The notes: generated from the letters alone by a model not told the origin. A stretch of 64,000 nt of DNA from an uncultured Candidatus Saccharibacteria bacterium (GCA_964598205.1 CAZRBB010000002.1:52459-116458); one strand, 5' to 3'; positions 1 to 9,947 are shown, numbered from the stretch's first letter. Numbers and translations: made by a program.

Positions 1-2
1 TT

Positions 3-389
3 ACCGACGAGGAATTAAGGGAAGATATTAAAAAAGAACTGACCGGTACCAGAATGGAGCCAATGATTGACTACATCTCTACTTACGAAAGACAAACAGC
101 GGCACTGATTGTAGGAATTGCTAAGTCGGAAAGTGGTTACAAACATAACTACCAGAACAACTTTTGGGGTTATGCTGGAGGCTATTTTGCCTTTGAAAGC
201 CCTAAGGAAGCGGTAATGGTGGTAGGAAAAAGAATTGAAGAATTAAAGAATAAAGGACTAGATACACCTGGAAGAATTGTGACTACTTGGAAATGCGGTA
301 GAAGTTGTGCCGCTCACGCTCCAGGAAGCGTTCAACGATGGATTAGTACTGCAAGCGGTCCTTATAACCGAATTGCTCTAAACAAATAG
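3..389 (+). CDS. Lysozyme-fold/glucosaminidase-like hypothetical protein (5' partial)
   Basis: The reading frame is open from the window edge (TDEELREDIKK...) into ORF 54..389. Motifs GIAKSES and NNFWGY resemble lysozyme-fold muramidase/glucosaminidase signatures. Confidence 0.5.
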   Translation, partial: TDEELREDIKKELTGTRMEPMIDYISTYERQTAALIVGIAKSESGYKHNYQNNFWGYAGGYFAFESPKEAVMVVGKRIEELKNKGLDTPGRIVTTWKCGRSCAAHAPGSVQRWISTASGPYNRIALNK

Positions 390-399
390 AAAATCTGTA

Positions 400-436
400 A
401 TTATAAAAGCCGTCCTTTTGGGGCGGCTTTTATAAT
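400..436. terminator. Bidirectional intrinsic terminator
   Basis: ATTATAAAAGCCGTCC-TTTTG-GGGCGGCTTTTATAAT hairpin with A/T tails, between convergent genes. Confidence 0.75.
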
Positions 437-469
437 GGAGCGGCTTAATAAATACTTCTTGGTAGAAAT

Positions 470-543
470 AAACAAACTCAGGCAACATCAGTTTCACAGA
501 CAAGGCTCAGAGTCTGTTCAACTGATATTGCCTGAGTCTGTTT
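470..543 (+). repeat. Long palindromic element, AAGGCTC-loop family copy 1
   Basis: ACTCAGGCAACATCAGTT...ACAGAC-AAGGCTCAGA-GTCTGT...AACTGATATTGCCTGAGT. Confidence 0.8.
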
Positions 544-567
544 CTAGAGCAGTAAAGAAATATTTAA

Positions 568-643
568 TTGCTAATTCAGAAAAGACTCGCGTAGGCGGAC
601 TCAGAGCCTTGTCTGCCCAAGCGAGTCTTTTCTGAATTAGCAA
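568..643 (-). repeat. Long palindromic element, AAGGCTC-loop family copy 2 (inverted relative to copy 1)
   Basis: Perfect 23-bp arms TTGCTAATTCAGAAAAGACTCGC / GCGAGTCTTTTCTGAATTAGCAA. Minus-strand apex is GGCAGAC-AAGGCTCTGA-GTCCGCC. Confidence 0.85.
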
Positions 644-649
644 GAGCTA

Positions 650-2119
650 TTATTTCTTTACACAAGCACCATTTTTTTTGTTGTATCCGCTTTTTGGACA
701 AGTGCATTCATCTTTATTTTTACTCCAAGTGCCACCAGATTCTTCGCAGATCTTTTGGGGATTATCGGCGGAATCTTTTACATCTAAATAGCTACTCCCT
801 TCTCCGTGATAAATAATCATTTGATCCATGTAAGTACCACTACCATAAATAGCGGAAACAAAATCACGAGTGGAATCAAGAAAAATATTGGCTCCCCAGT
901 AAGGATCGTGGACCACATACTTGCCTTTCTTGTCTTTATGGTGAATCACTACATAATGGCCACCGCCACGACCTTTGGCACCTACAAAAACGATTACCGG
1001 ATTACCCTTTTCTATTTCTTGATCAACTACCTTCCAATCTAGATTGCCATGACTGGAACCTATTTTTTGATCTTTATCCACCCCCTGCCAAACATTGGGC
1101 CAAGAAATAAGGTCATAGCTAAAAATTCTTTGCTTGGCGAGAATTCCTGGATCAATCTTGACTCCATGATAACGAAGGACCATAGAGACACTGGTAACGG
1201 CGCAACCATATTGCCCCATTTTTGTTCGAGAAAGACCAATATTGCTGTCTGCCCAACGAGGATCTCTTTGGGAAAAATACCAACTAGTGGAAGCTAGGCC
1301 AGTTTTAGGTTTTTTTTGGCCGGCCTTGACCTTAGCTAGCTCGCTTGAGTTTTGGTTGGACATTTCTTCTATATCGCCTAAAAGCATTTCTTTCTGTGAC
1401 TCTAATTTAGCTAAAAGTTCTTGATATTTATCTTCTTCCCCTTGAGTAACCTCTAGGAGATTGGCTTTGGAATCTTGCTGACCCTCTAAGCGGACCTTTC
1501 CCATTTGGCTTTCATCTTTTAGTCTTCCTAATTTTTCGTATTTACTAGAACGGTCTTCTTTTTGTTTCTGCAGTTCTGTCTTGGCTCGATTGACTTCTGT
1601 TAGAAGATCTTTGGTTTTTTCACTGATTAAATCTAAGTTGCGTAACTCTAAAAAATAGCCAGCTAGGCTGTCGTTTTTTAGTAAAAGTTCTAAGGAATTG
1701 CTTTGACTCTTAAAATAGAGTGATTGGATTAGTTCTGAAAGTAACTTCTTATTATATTTTAAGCTGATGTCTTTTTCCTTGATCTTTAAATCCAATGATT
1801 TAATTTCTAATTCTACCAAACCCATTTCCTGATCAGACCGAACTATTTTTTCTTCGGCTTTTTTAATTTCGTTTTCTATAATGTCTATTTGATTAGAAAG
1901 TGTTGCTTGTTGTTGTTTTTTTAGATCGATTACCTTTTGATAGTCTTCTATTTTGTTTTCTACTGCTTCTAATTCCTGTTCTTTGTTGGTGATTTCTGAT
2001 TGAATTTCTTCGGCAAAAACTTTTTGCAACAAGCCACTACTCTCCTTTTGGGGCCAACCTGACCAAGAGAAAACAAAAAAAGAAAACGATAAAATTAATA
2101 AAAATTTAAAATAATTCAT
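650..2119 (-). CDS. Secreted coiled-coil protein with C39-like cysteine peptidase domain and Cys-rich C-terminus
   Basis: Signal peptide, long EnvC/PcsB-like coiled coil, then SQRDPRW...YGCAVTS (Cys), GHYVV (His) and HDP (Asp), typical of peptidase C39-like domains. Confidence 0.7.
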   Translation of the reverse strand: MNYFKFLLILSFSFFVFSWSGWPQKESSGLLQKVFAEEIQSEITNKEQELEAVENKIEDYQKVIDLKKQQQATLSNQIDIIENEIKKAEEKIVRSDQEMGLVELEIKSLDLKIKEKDISLKYNKKLLSELIQSLYFKSQSNSLELLLKNDSLAGYFLELRNLDLISEKTKDLLTEVNRAKTELQKQKEDRSSKYEKLGRLKDESQMGKVRLEGQQDSKANLLEVTQGEEDKYQELLAKLESQKEMLLGDIEEMSNQNSSELAKVKAGQKKPKTGLASTSWYFSQRDPRWADSNIGLSRTKMGQYGCAVTSVSMVLRYHGVKIDPGILAKQRIFSYDLISWPNVWQGVDKDQKIGSSHGNLDWKVVDQEIEKGNPVIVFVGAKGRGGGHYVVIHHKDKKGKYVVHDPYWGANIFLDSTRDFVSAIYGSGTYMDQMIIYHGEGSSYLDVKDSADNPQKICEESGGTWSKNKDECTCPKSGYNKKNGACVKK

Positions 2120-2127
2120 GAAAAGTA

Positions 2128-2874
2128 TTAATTAAAAACCATCTCCCAGCGGGCAGAAGCTAAAAGCAAAAATCCGGCTAAAAGAAAAACAAAAAGATCA
2201 CCAGAAAACGAAATCCTGGTTAATTTTCCTTTTAAGGCGGCAACTAAGCTATTGGTTAGGAAGAAATAAATTGCCAAGATTAAGGCACCCAAAGTCAAAT
2301 AGCCAAAGGGTAGAAAATACATTCCAGAGAAAATAACAGTGATAAAATAGGTTAATAAAAGACTGTAAAAAAGAAGAAGTCTCTTTCTTTCTACGCAGAG
2401 TGAATGAAACAATATTCCATAACTTACACCAAAAACAACTCCAGCAAAAACCAAGGAGATGTTCCAAAAAGGAATGTTACGGTTTAGATAAACAGCAAAA
2501 AGAAAACTGGCCCAAATAAAAACCGTCAGAATACCACTAATAATACCAAGTCTTTGAGCAGTTTCGTCTTCTTGGTTTTGGAAAAAACGAAAAATACCTA
2601 ATTCTATTAAATAAAAAAGAAAGGACAAGAAAAAAATATAGATTTGAATAAGAGAGCCACCACTAACAAAAGGCAAGAGAAAATAAGCCCCCAAGAAGAA
2701 AAGTACCGGGAAAAAGGCCCCCCAAAGCACCCCAGACAATTTAAAAGAGAACCAAAAAATCAGAAGAAGGGAGATTAGGAAAACAAACCAAGAAATGCCT
2801 GGACGGTAAATTAAAAGCTCTTGGCCTACAAAAAAGACTAAAACCAAAAGGAGTGGTTTTAAGTGAAAGAACAT
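2128..2874 (-). CDS. Polytopic membrane protein, unknown function
   Basis: About 8-9 hydrophobic segments. The start is probably MFFHLK at 2874, since the longer ORF to 2922 overlaps lysS. Confidence 0.65.
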   Translation of the reverse strand: MFFHLKPLLLVLVFFVGQELLIYRPGISWFVFLISLLLIFWFSFKLSGVLWGAFFPVLFFLGAYFLLPFVSGGSLIQIYIFFLSFLFYLIELGIFRFFQNQEDETAQRLGIISGILTVFIWASFLFAVYLNRNIPFWNISLVFAGVVFGVSYGILFHSLCVERKRLLLFYSLLLTYFITVIFSGMYFLPFGYLTLGALILAIYFFLTNSLVAALKGKLTRISFSGDLFVFLLAGFLLLASARWEMVFN

Positions 2875-2885
2875 TGGTATTTTTT

Positions 2886-4328
2886 TTAAAGTTTGGGTTT
2901 TACTAGGGGAAAAATCTGGCATTCACGCATGGTTTTGTTTTCTAAAAAAGAAAACAATCGTTCGCTCATACCAAAACCACAAGCCGGTGGCATTCCATAT
3001 TCCAAGGCTTCTAAGAAATGAGTGTCGGTCATTTGCGCTTCTTGGTCTCCATTATCTCTTAATCCTTGTTGAATTAAAAACCGTTCCTTTTGATCCTGGG
3101 GGTCGTTTAATTCGCTGTAGCCATTTCCTAATTCGCTACCTGCTAGGATTACATGAAAGCGTTCCGTTAAGAGAGGATTATTTTTGGTTTTTTTGGCCAA
3201 AGGAGAAACTGCTACCGGTTCGTTGATTAAGAATCCTGGTCCAGCAATGCTTTTTCGGCAAAACTTCCAAAGATTATCTATTGCCCGACTTAGATTAAGG
3301 TTTTTTGCTTGGTATTTAACTCCAAGTTCATCTAGCTTTTTTTGAACCGTTGGTAAGTCTACAGTTAGAACATTGATTCCGGTTTTTTCTTCTATTGTTT
3401 CTTTATAATTGTAAACTTTCCAATCACCCGAAAGATCAATTTGGAAATCTTTAATGGTAAACTTTAGGGTTCCGTAAACTTCTTGGGCTATCTTGGTAAA
3501 AAGTTCTTTTACTAAAGCCATGCCCGTTTGGTAGTCGGCGTAGGCCCAATAAAATTCCATTTGGGTGTAGTCTTGCAAGTGTTCGGCATCCATGCCTTCG
3601 TTTCTAAATTGGCGGCCAATTTCAAAGGTTTTTTCTAATCCAGCCACTAAAAGTCTTTTTTGCCAAAGCTCCCCGGTAGAAATTCTTAAATAAAGATCCA
3701 TGGCCAAGGCTTGATGCTTGGTAATAAAAGGATTGGCATCGCCGCCACCGGGAACCGCTTCTAAGATCGGTGTTTCTACTTCCAAAAAATCATGGCTTTT
3801 CATAAAGCTACGAACGGTTTGCCAAAATTTTTCTTTGCGGTAAATCATTTCTTTAATTTCTGGATTAAAGAGAATGTCTAAATATCTTTTGCGGAGTCGT
3901 TGTTCTTCGTTTTTTAAGGCTTTGTGTTTGTCTGGAAGAGGAAGGAGTGATTTGGAAAGAAGGGTGAGTTTTTTAACCAAAAGAGACCGTTCGCCTTTTT
4001 TGGTATCAAAGCGTTCGCCTTCTAAGCCCACAAAATCACCCAGGTCTAAATTTTTAATCCAAAAGCGGAATAATTCCCTGCCAAGTTCGTTTTCGTTTAA
4101 AACAAATTGAATACGGCCGCTTTCGTCTTGTAAATGAAGAAAAGCGATTCTACCCATTTCTCTAAAAAGCATGATTCGTCCGGCGGCGCGAGCTGGTGTT
4201 CCGTTAGGTTTCTCCAGGAGAGATTTAGCTGATTCCTTAGGAAAAGCCAAGGAAGGATACGGATCAATGCCGGCCTCTATAATGTTTTTTAGTTTTTTAA
4301 GCCGATCTTTTTTAAGGGAAGCGTTCAT
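2886..4328 (-). CDS. lysS: Lysine--tRNA ligase (class II)
   Basis: OB-fold start (AGRIM..R.MG...F..LQDESGRIQ), motif 2 FEIGRQFRNEG, motif 3 LEYGMPPACGFGMSER. Confidence 0.97.
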   Translation of the reverse strand: MNASLKKDRLKKLKNIIEAGIDPYPSLAFPKESAKSLLEKPNGTPARAAGRIMLFREMGRIAFLHLQDESGRIQFVLNENELGRELFRFWIKNLDLGDFVGLEGERFDTKKGERSLLVKKLTLLSKSLLPLPDKHKALKNEEQRLRKRYLDILFNPEIKEMIYRKEKFWQTVRSFMKSHDFLEVETPILEAVPGGGDANPFITKHQALAMDLYLRISTGELWQKRLLVAGLEKTFEIGRQFRNEGMDAEHLQDYTQMEFYWAYADYQTGMALVKELFTKIAQEVYGTLKFTIKDFQIDLSGDWKVYNYKETIEEKTGINVLTVDLPTVQKKLDELGVKYQAKNLNLSRAIDNLWKFCRKSIAGPGFLINEPVAVSPLAKKTKNNPLLTERFHVILAGSELGNGYSELNDPQDQKERFLIQQGLRDNGDQEAQMTDTHFLEALEYGMPPACGFGMSERLFSFLENKTMRECQIFPLVKPKL

Positions 4329-4386
4329 TTTAAATTAATAAAGACAAATGTTGGTTTTTAGTATAGCATTTTTTTTCTGATTTTAT

Positions 4387-5067
4387 CTAACCAATGATAG
4401 TTCCGGAAAATTCTTCTCCCCGAATAGCGCAGGCCAAGTTATTTAGGTCGCGACCATCAAGACTCAGGGCTTTTATTTTCTTTTTTTGGCCAAAGCGAAT
4501 GGCTGAGGGATCAAGAGGAATGTGCATTCTTGGTGTCCATTCTTCTCCGACCATCTTTCGTAAATTTTCCCAACTAACTTCCTTTAGCTTTTCAGCGTCT
4601 TTGAATTCGTGAGGATCTTTATTGTAAATATGACTGGTATTAGTAGCGATAATAATTTTTTCGGATTCAAATCGATGAGCCAAGATCATAGCGTCGTAAT
4701 CGGTAGACCAGCCTGGTTTCCAGCCGGCACCGACCATAATATCTTCCTTCCAATCAAGATCGGCATAGGGATTTTCTACTACCTTAGGAAAGCAGTTTTT
4801 TTTTCCAAAAATGCTTACCAAGAGTCTGGCATTAAGGCGGGTAGCGTAGATGCCAATCCAGTCCAAGTCTTCATTGGTTAAGGTAGCAACTTCTTTAGCG
4901 ACTTTATTGTATTCTTTGTTAATGCCACCGCCACCAGTAATTAAAAGAAAACGATAATCGGATTTCATTTCTAAAACCAGTTTGGAAAAGTTCGTTAAAT
5001 AATCAATATTGGGAAATTTAGGAACCATAATAGAGCCTCCGAACTTGATTGCGATAATCTTTTTCAT
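4387..5067 (-). CDS. pyrH: Uridylate kinase (archaeal-type)
   Basis: KFGGS, TGGG, DWIGIYATRLNA, GWKPGWSTDYDA and IYNKDP motifs. Likely start MKKIIAIK at 5067 (the ORF track extends to 5133). Confidence 0.92.
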   Translation of the reverse strand: MKKIIAIKFGGSIMVPKFPNIDYLTNFSKLVLEMKSDYRFLLITGGGGINKEYNKVAKEVATLTNEDLDWIGIYATRLNARLLVSIFGKKNCFPKVVENPYADLDWKEDIMVGAGWKPGWSTDYDAMILAHRFESEKIIIATNTSHIYNKDPHEFKDAEKLKEVSWENLRKMVGEEWTPRMHIPLDPSAIRFGQKKKIKALSLDGRDLNNLACAIRGEEFSGTIIG

Positions 5068-5161
5068 AAAAACTTTGAAGCGGTTAAACGAATTAAGCAT
5101 AGGACTTACGCGTTTGAGTATAGTTCGAGGCAAAACCGAGCAAGCGAGCGAGGCGTAATAA

Positions 5162-5181
5162 AGAACGGGTTTCCCCGTTCT
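5162..5181. terminator. Short hairpin at greA 3' end
   Basis: AGAACGGG-TTTC-CCCGTTCT; weak U tail. Confidence 0.4.
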
Positions 5182-5650
5182 ACTTATTTTCTACCGACAA
5201 AATTTTGTAGCGAGAGCGACCTCCTGGTACTTCTACTAAAACTTCATCCCCTTCCGTTTTGTGCATTAAGGCCATGCCGATTGGAGACTCGTTGGAAATT
5301 TTATTGGCCGTTGGGTCTGCCTCATTGCTTCCTACAATGTAAAAGAAGCGATCCGTTTTTTGGTAACAAACCTTTACTAAACTTCCAATGTCCACGACCT
5401 TACTTTTGCTGTTTTTGGTCACCACTACTGAATTTTTAAGGATCGATTCTAATTCAGCGATTCTTTTTTCGTTTTCCGTTTCCCGTGATTTTGCTTCACT
5501 GTATTCGGCATTTTCGCTTAGATCTCCCTGCTCCTTAGCATCTTTAATTGCTTCGGCGATTTCTTTTCTCTTGGTCTTTTTTCTTTTTAAAAGCTCTTGC
5601 TTAATGTTCTCTACCCCTTCGCTGGTCAAATATTTATTGCCTGTTTCCAT
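5180..5650 (-). CDS. greA: Transcription elongation factor GreA
   Basis: GDLSENAEY and ISNESPIG motifs. Confidence 0.97.
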   Translation of the reverse strand: METGNKYLTSEGVENIKQELLKRKKTKRKEIAEAIKDAKEQGDLSENAEYSEAKSRETENEKRIAELESILKNSVVVTKNSKSKVVDIGSLVKVCYQKTDRFFYIVGSNEADPTANKISNESPIGMALMHKTEGDEVLVEVPGGRSRYKILSVENK

Positions 5651-5747
5651 GGTTTTAAAACGCTTACCCTCTTATATATAATTAAAAAGAGAAACAAAAA
5701 ATAACAAAAAGATTTTTATCCCTTTAGCTAAATAAACTATACAAAAA

Positions 5748-6902
5748 TCAGTTTTTGTCAAATAAAAAAAGAAATCGGGCTGTTTCTTTACCGATCATTG
5801 ACCAATCAAATTTTTGACGAATTGCTCTTGTACTGTTGTTGGTCATTGCTTTGTCTAAAAAAGAAAAAACAGTTTCATTGATTGCTTTTGCCACTTGGGA
5901 AATATTTTTGGGATTAACCAAAGTTAGCCTTTTGCCGGTCGGGGAATAAATTTCTCTAAAAACAGGAAGGTCAGAAGCGATTACTTTTTTTCCATACCAA
6001 AGCGCTTCTCCAATTGTTCGGCCAAAGCCTTCGGCTAGGCTTAGGGAAATCAGTGCCGTTGCGTTTTTTAATAACCAGATTTTTTCTTTTTCGCTGACTG
6101 TCTTTTGAATAAAAATTGATTTTTTAGCAGGTGAATTTTTGATTATTTTTTTTATTTCTTTAAAGCCAAAACCAGCTGGACCGGCCAGAACCAGTGCTAA
6201 ATTTGGGGTTTTTTTACAGGCAAGCTCAAAAGCAGCAATAACGGCGGGAATGTTTTTTCTTTTTTCTAAACTTCCTAAATGAAGAAGGAAGGAGTTTGAA
6301 TTTTTAATTTTGAATTTTGAATTTCGATTAAAATTTGAATTTTCAACATTGAGGGACTTATCTTCTTTAAAGAAAGAGACTGGATTTAGGCCTTGGTAGA
6401 GCACTTTAGTTTTTTGGCAATTTTTTCCCAAAAAAGGCTTTGTATGCTTAAGAGTCTCTTTTGAAACAGCAACTATTCCCAAGGCTCGTTTTAAATTTGA
6501 TTCTAGGAGAAAACGATTAATGGCTCCAGAAAAAAATGGATAACAAGAAGGCCATTCCAAAAGTTCTGTTCCGTGTGACACAAAAACCGATCGGCCCCGA
6601 TAAAAAAAAGGAATGGAGCCGGCCGGCACAAAGAGGATGTCGGGTTTTATTTTTTTCAAGCTCCAAAGCAGGCCTCCCTGGGTTCGTAAAAAGGGCCAAT
6701 CGATTGGATAAAGATGCCAGTTAACAGGAAGGGTTCCTGGGGGGAAATATTTAAGTTGGGAAGATTTTAAAAAAAGCCAAATTTCTTTTTTAGAAAAAAT
6801 TTGTGGAGCACTAAGCCAAGAAGCTAGTAGGCCACGAGTATAGGCTCCGATTCCTGTTTTGTTTGGTTCAAAGGCGCTGGTAATATCTAGCCCGATTTTC
6901 AT
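5748..6902 (-). CDS. GT4-family glycosyltransferase
   Basis: TGIGAY, LGSLEKRKN and EGFG...EA motifs. Contains an in-frame AT-rich repeat-derived insertion at about 6295-6350. Confidence 0.85.
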   Translation of the reverse strand: MKIGLDITSAFEPNKTGIGAYTRGLLASWLSAPQIFSKKEIWLFLKSSQLKYFPPGTLPVNWHLYPIDWPFLRTQGGLLWSLKKIKPDILFVPAGSIPFFYRGRSVFVSHGTELLEWPSCYPFFSGAINRFLLESNLKRALGIVAVSKETLKHTKPFLGKNCQKTKVLYQGLNPVSFFKEDKSLNVENSNFNRNSKFKIKNSNSFLLHLGSLEKRKNIPAVIAAFELACKKTPNLALVLAGPAGFGFKEIKKIIKNSPAKKSIFIQKTVSEKEKIWLLKNATALISLSLAEGFGRTIGEALWYGKKVIASDLPVFREIYSPTGKRLTLVNPKNISQVAKAINETVFSFLDKAMTNNSTRAIRQKFDWSMIGKETARFLFLFDKN

Positions 6903-6908
6903 TAACCA

Positions 6909-7910
6909 CTAATTAATAATGCTTCTTTTGTAAATTTCTAAATTGTCCATAATTTTAGATGTCCCTCTGGCAACGCAGAGCAAGGGATCATCGGCCACAT
7001 AGCAAGGTACTCCTACTGATCGGAAAATAAGTTGATCTAGATTTTTTAAGAGAGCGCCACCGCCGGAAAGCACCATTCCTCGATCAATAATATCGGCAGC
7101 CAATTCTGGTGGAGTTTCTTGAAGCACTTTTTTTACCGCTTGAATAATTTCTGAAAGTTCATCGCTAATGGCGGCAGTAACTTCGTTGGTCTTTAGGGTA
7201 ATGATCTTAGGCAATCCAGCCATTAAATCTCGTCCTTTGATTTCTATTTCTTCTTCTCTGTTTTGCGCCAAGGCGCTACCAATTTTGATTTTAATTTCTT
7301 CTGCTGTTTGATCACCAATTGCTAGGGCATATTTTTTGCGGACATATTCTTTAATTGCCGCATCTAAACGATTGCCACCGACTCTAGCGGAAGTGGCAGC
7401 CACAATTCCTCCTAGGGAAATTACTGCGACCTCGGTAGTACCGCCGCCAATATCTATAATAATATTTCCGGCGGGAGCATTTACCGGGATTCCCGCACCA
7501 ATAGCCGCTAGCAATGGTTCTTTAACAACATAAGCCGTTTTGGCACCGGCTTCTAGGGCAGCGTCGATCACGGCTCTTTTTTCTGTAGAAGTAATTCCGG
7601 CGGGAATTGAGAGTACTATTTCTGGGCGAAAAATTCGGATTCGACCGCTGACCTTGTTTATAAAGTGACGCAACATGGCTTCGGTAATTCTAAAGTCAGC
7701 AATTACGCCATCTTTAATTGGTCTTGATGCACAAATAATTTCTGGTGTTCGGCCAATCATTTCTTTGGCTTCTTCACCAATTGCTAGAATTTTATTATCT
7801 CTAATGGAAATTGCCACCACCGAAGGTTCATTTAAGACGATTCCCCTTCCAGGAACGGAAACTAAAGTGTTGGCAGTTCCAAGATCAATACCTATTTTTT
7901 TAACAAACAT
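6909..7910 (-). CDS. mreB: Rod shape-determining protein MreB
   Basis: IGIDLGTANT, IDIGGGTTEVA and LSGGGALL motifs. Confidence 0.97.
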   Translation of the reverse strand: MFVKKIGIDLGTANTLVSVPGRGIVLNEPSVVAISIRDNKILAIGEEAKEMIGRTPEIICASRPIKDGVIADFRITEAMLRHFINKVSGRIRIFRPEIVLSIPAGITSTEKRAVIDAALEAGAKTAYVVKEPLLAAIGAGIPVNAPAGNIIIDIGGGTTEVAVISLGGIVAATSARVGGNRLDAAIKEYVRKKYALAIGDQTAEEIKIKIGSALAQNREEEIEIKGRDLMAGLPKIITLKTNEVTAAISDELSEIIQAVKKVLQETPPELAADIIDRGMVLSGGGALLKNLDQLIFRSVGVPCYVADDPLLCVARGTSKIMDNLEIYKRSIIN

Positions 7911-7932
7911 AAAAATTTCTAAATGGGTCTTT

Positions 7933-9207
7933 CTAGCCTATTTCTTTTCTTTGAATGTCGGCCCCGATTTTGGTAAGTCGGGTTTCTATTTTTTCGTAAC
8001 CACGATCAATTATTTCGGCGTTTTCAATTACGGAATTGCCTTCGGCAATAATCGAGGCCAAGAGCAGACTGATTCCGGCGCGGATGTCTGGACTTTCGAT
8101 TGTTTTGCCAAAAAGATTGGTCGGCCCTTTAACGGCTACCCGATGTGGGTCGCACATAATAATGTTGGCGCCCATTCGGTTTAAGATATCGGTAAAAAAT
8201 AAACGGCCTTCAAAGATTGGGTCGTGAATCAAGCTAATACCCGAAGCTTGAGTCATTAATAAGGTGTAGATTGGTTGTAAGTCTGTGGCAAACCCTGGGT
8301 ATTCATGGGTTTGTAAGGAAACTGATTGAATTCTTTTTTTAACCGGAACGGTTCTTACCCAATTACCACCGATTTCTAGTTTGGCACCAGCACGGCTCAA
8401 TTTTTCCCAAAGAGCAGAAAGGTGTTTAGGATTACATTTTTCTATTAGCAAATCAGCATTATTCATTATTCCCATCATTGCAAAGGTACCCGTCTCTATG
8501 CGGTCGGGAATAACTTCGAACACGCCTCCTTTTAATTTTTCTACGCCCTCTATTTGAATAGTGCTCTGACCAATGCCTTCTATTTTAGCACCCATTTGCA
8601 CCAAGCAATTTGCCAAATGAATCACTTCTGGTTCAATAGCTACATTTTCTAAGACAGTGGTTCCCTTGGCCAGGACTGCCGCCATCATTAAGGTTTCTGT
8701 TCCGGTAACACTAATTTTAGGAAAAAAATAACGACAACCTTTTAATTTTCCTTGAGGTGTTTTTAGAAGATATTCGGTATTGTTTTTTTCCACCTTGGCT
8801 CCCATCTTTTTAAACCCTTCAATAAAAAAGTTAATGGGTCGCTTGCCAATTAAGTCGCCTCCTGGATGAGGAATACATAACCTACCAAAACGCGCCAAAA
8901 GCGGTCCCGAAAACACAATAGAGGCCCTTACTTTTCTGGAATCTTCTGGATCAAGACAGTTTTCTTTTAGTCTGGAAGAATTGATTTTTAGGTTAGATTT
9001 GCCTTCATAAACAGCTTCGACCTTCATTTTGTTTAAAAGGTCTAGCATTACAGAGACATCGGCAATTCCGGGCACATTGTTTATTAAGCAATCTTCTTCG
9101 GTTAAGAGTGTTGCGGCTAGCGCTTTTAGCGCAAAATTTTTAGCTCCCTTAACTTCTATTTTGCCTCCAATTTTTTTCTTCCCTTTGATTAGAAATTGAT
9201 AACCCAT
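7933..9207 (-). CDS. murA: UDP-N-acetylglucosamine 1-carboxyvinyltransferase (Asp variant)
   Basis: GAKN, RASI, PGGDLIGKRP, SVTGTE, PDRIETGT, PGFATDLQP and DRGYE motifs. Confidence 0.96.
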   Translation of the reverse strand: MGYQFLIKGKKKIGGKIEVKGAKNFALKALAATLLTEEDCLINNVPGIADVSVMLDLLNKMKVEAVYEGKSNLKINSSRLKENCLDPEDSRKVRASIVFSGPLLARFGRLCIPHPGGDLIGKRPINFFIEGFKKMGAKVEKNNTEYLLKTPQGKLKGCRYFFPKISVTGTETLMMAAVLAKGTTVLENVAIEPEVIHLANCLVQMGAKIEGIGQSTIQIEGVEKLKGGVFEVIPDRIETGTFAMMGIMNNADLLIEKCNPKHLSALWEKLSRAGAKLEIGGNWVRTVPVKKRIQSVSLQTHEYPGFATDLQPIYTLLMTQASGISLIHDPIFEGRLFFTDILNRMGANIIMCDPHRVAVKGPTNLFGKTIESPDIRAGISLLLASIIAEGNSVIENAEIIDRGYEKIETRLTKIGADIQRKEIG

Positions 9208-9272
9208 ATTTTTGATTTAAATTAGAGCACTTCTTTGAATCTTATAATTAAAAAAAACAAAAGACAACTGTC

Positions 9273-9301
9273 TTTACAAGTGGGTTTTTTCTGGTTATAC
9301 T
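9273..9301 (+). promoter_or_regulatory. Putative sigma70 promoter for rpsF-ssb-rpsR
   Basis: TTTACA-17 nt-TATACT upstream of rpsF. Confidence 0.55.
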
Positions 9302-9401
9302 TTTGGAAGATAGCTTTTGGGAAGCTTTTTTTTATGGTTTTAGGTTTGCGTGTTTTGTGCATTTTAATACGATTTTAATTATTTTTTAGTAAAATTTTAG
9401 A

Positions 9402-9947
9402 ATGAAAGACTATAAAGAATACGAGCTCACTTATATTGTTTCTTTGGAAAAAGCAGAAGAAATATCGGTCGTAAAAAAAATTGTTGCCGAAATTGTAGAA
9501 AAAAATGAGGGTCAAATTGGCAGAGAAAGTGATCCCCAAAAAAGAAAGTTGGCCTGGGTAATTAAGGGTCAAAGAAATGGAATTTATATGGTTAACCGCG
9601 TAACTGTTCCGGCTGAAAACACCGCCGAAATGGAACGCCAGCTCAGAATGCAGAGCGAAGTTTTAAAGCACCTTTTAACATCTGTTTATAGACTTCCAGA
9701 CGCTAAGAAGGAAGAAGTGGAACCTTCGGTTACACAATCAGCACCAGTGGCCAAAGAAGAAGTAGAACCAGAAAAGGAAATAGTTAAGAGTTCGGTATTA
9801 GAACCAGTCATTAAGGAAGAAAAGAAAGAAGTAATAGTGGAAAAAGAAGATAAGCCAGAAAAAAAGAAAAAAGAAAAACTAACTAAACTAAAGTTCGAAG
9901 ATCTAGACAAAAAAATAGACGATATTCTAAAAGAAGACCTGATCTAA
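9402..9947 (+). CDS. rpsF: 30S ribosomal protein S6 with low-complexity C-terminal extension
   Basis: YELTYIV, KRKLAW.IKG...G.Y motifs; first gene of the rpsF-ssb-rpsR synteny block. Confidence 0.9.
   Translation: MKDYKEYELTYIVSLEKAEEISVVKKIVAEIVEKNEGQIGRESDPQKRKLAWVIKGQRNGIYMVNRVTVPAENTAEMERQLRMQSEVLKHLLTSVYRLPDAKKEEVEPSVTQSAPVAKEEVEPEKEIVKSSVLEPVIKEEKKEVIVEKEDKPEKKKKEKLTKLKFEDLDKKIDDILKEDLI

Noticed and set aside
435-635. 66-aa ORF over the paired palindromes
   Set aside because: Lies entirely on repeat elements and has no protein-like motifs; likely spurious.
470-643. Possible mini CRISPR array
   Set aside because: The two shared motifs are inverted, short and embedded in long palindromes. 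There is no repeat-spacer periodicity and no cas gene.
9700-9947. Long Glu/Lys-rich tail on ribosomal protein S6
   Set aside because: Low-complexity S6 extensions are common, especially in CPR; no specific novelty.
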